Assembly: GCA_051294375.1 (NCBI GenBank)
Contig: CM119265.1
Span: 23,838,669-23,902,668 of the forward strand
From: Paraspadella gotoi
Taxonomy: Eukaryota; Animalia; Chaetognatha
Reading direction: 5' to 3'
DNA: 64,000 nt
The position numbers were made by a program, and so were the translations under genes. Of the stretch, positions 63,501-64,000 are shown piece after piece (positions within the stretch are counted from its first letter, which is position 1; each line of letters starts with the position of its first letter). A model generated the notes under the pieces. That model had not been told where the DNA came from and made no database searches. It saw only the letters and a program-made list of their open reading frames with translations.

Positions 63501-64000
63501 AGTCAGTGGAGAACTTGCATTAAACGTGGAGAAGTTCAATGAAAAGTCAGTAAATTATGCTGATCGTACTTTTGAATGTCAAAAACAATATTTACGATCA
63601 GTTGAAGAGAGAAATGTAGAATTGGAGATAAATTATGCAAACATTAGTAAACTGAATGTTGAACTTAGAAATACAGAGTCCAGTTTAAGAGAAGAATTAT
63701 TGCATTCTATTTCTAAAAAAGAAAAGGAAAAGTTATTAAAAGAAAAAGAAGTTTCTGATAAATTGATTTCTGATTTAAGAAATGAACTCTCTTGCTTAAA
63801 AGAAACTTCCGATATTGCTTTTTCTCAGCTTGAACACTTAAAACATTGGCAGTCTAAAGATGATACGACTTTGTTAAAGAATAATTTACTGGACTTACAG
63901 TCTTTAAGTGAAGATAATATGGTAGTTGGAAAGCTTCAGAATTATATAGCTTTGTTACAGTCAAACGAAGCTATTGCAGTGGAAAAGCTAAAAGATTCTG
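60529..64000 (+). CDS. CEP290: Centrosomal protein of 290 kDa (N-terminal ~1157 codons, runs off the window, no intron seen)
   Basis: Open frame from ATG 60529 to the window end; motifs EDSEFRTKMTEKNRQL, FELGQYGLPDAIKEIKDCK, ILKSEIERLEEERLDLKNQIRRLAQ, SRKVTLLRVNEKIL match CEP290 as recalled. It is missing from the ORF track because there is no stop in the window. Confidence 0.88.
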   Translation, partial: MPDWNFLGGLGDKRLEDDDADKIVDELRDADPAAIPDGRLRLVVRLTHAAMLIKSEQADVAMEELENMAQSDGRGGARRERELESRVRELEEELARESRDGRRSRAGGGARDLQKRCAMLEEDLKDLEKELNEEKRRSAEMEDKSVEAEKKAKSFKRECESLQADMKELLHQVESTQETIDKKSNEDSEFRTKMTEKNRQLLEALDENKNLSDANRDLREELEALRKQLKEATEQMDQMADQYLVISKQVEKNEERSKAMQKKNEKLETELEEVNRQLEAKSNVDEQIMMAVEDKIGEWRDLLRQKDEEVDRLKSRIQELQSTSLVRMDESQSMAAMSKAISDRDAEIQDLKNQLQRAMEDMNSSTLMIEDVKKGNLGSQKLLQRQISRVKELEKKLEENRGEFERLKTRLAEAEKDAMSKDRDLNDVTMRLKKFELGQYGLPDAIKEIKDCKRKLNQQEEIIEEMAKDANRCELVVSELAEENESMREKLGLQMDKPLDLTSFKMKKIRQNQEDKAVNAILKSEIERLEEERLDLKNQIRRLAQSVGGKAAALGLDSNDLLLLDKYAEELKTKKSNSGLDYQSKTHDVKAGISKELELLKKQNDKFTQDKKLYDLKFEELQKERTDILKKYEDVQEANRKLLKQLSASASETKTEASQQIGSKNINYKTEWEQAERQVSELHRQLKELRLELTVSEKERNLLENKIEKLTSDLKVNKSERDSGKTLPVIQSSSSSEIIHLLNEKLLNALNEINVKNEAIERLEAQLNPLKHRYNVCRQKLVVMSKQCLEKIDSQRSQEDFLKNEPEKETEGVKIIEYERLLDTLDKDDDEIKRRLADLSRKVTLLRVNEKILTRKFTLVQESEEVCQRTLQSYHSELSELKKSFSEKFCSISKHKELGDIRISALQRALAESIPAGEIEKLQKDYYSLAEKYREAMENEKTLMEKNITNQNLIDNNKILSDSLVHLKKELELEKCKRLKLEEYLGEQGVKVSGELALNVEKFNEKSVNYADRTFECQKQYLRSVEERNVELEINYANISKLNVELRNTESSLREELLHSISKKEKEKLLKEKEVSDKLISDLRNELSCLKETSDIAFSQLEHLKHWQSKDDTTLLKNNLLDLQSLSEDNMVVGKLQNYIALLQSNEAIAVEKLKDS

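Overview
Eukaryotic (metazoan-type) gene-dense genomic window with short spliceosomal introns, GC-rich exons and AT-rich introns. The left part is a tightly packed, co-oriented minus-strand block of five genes: homocysteine S-methyltransferase -> UBE4A -> EMG1 -> COPS6 -> SAM synthetase (MAT). Intergenic gaps are only 72-290 nt, and unpaired splice acceptors sit in front of downstream ATGs, which suggests an operon resolved by trans-splicing. The middle holds an atypical myristoylated Rab-like GTPase, an uncharacterised ~768-aa protein and a CEPT1/CHPT1 phosphotransferase. The right part is a plus-strand run of TTC6-like, IQCG/DRC9, TTC12 and CEP290 (intronless within the window), mostly cilia genes, with a clan-2 cytochrome P450 nested antisense in a TTC6 intron. 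About 9 kb (41.7-50.7 kb) is an indel-riddled second copy of 33.1-41.7 kb next to a 25-N gap, almost certainly an assembly artefact. The most notable hidden signals are a candidate poison exon in MAT, a candidate in-frame 36-nt cassette exon in the regulatory Ins-2 loop of CSN6, hammerhead-like fold-back repeats, a solo LTR, MITEs and a tandemly repeated splice acceptor in IQCG. Gene names come from recognising sequence motifs by eye; no database search was run.
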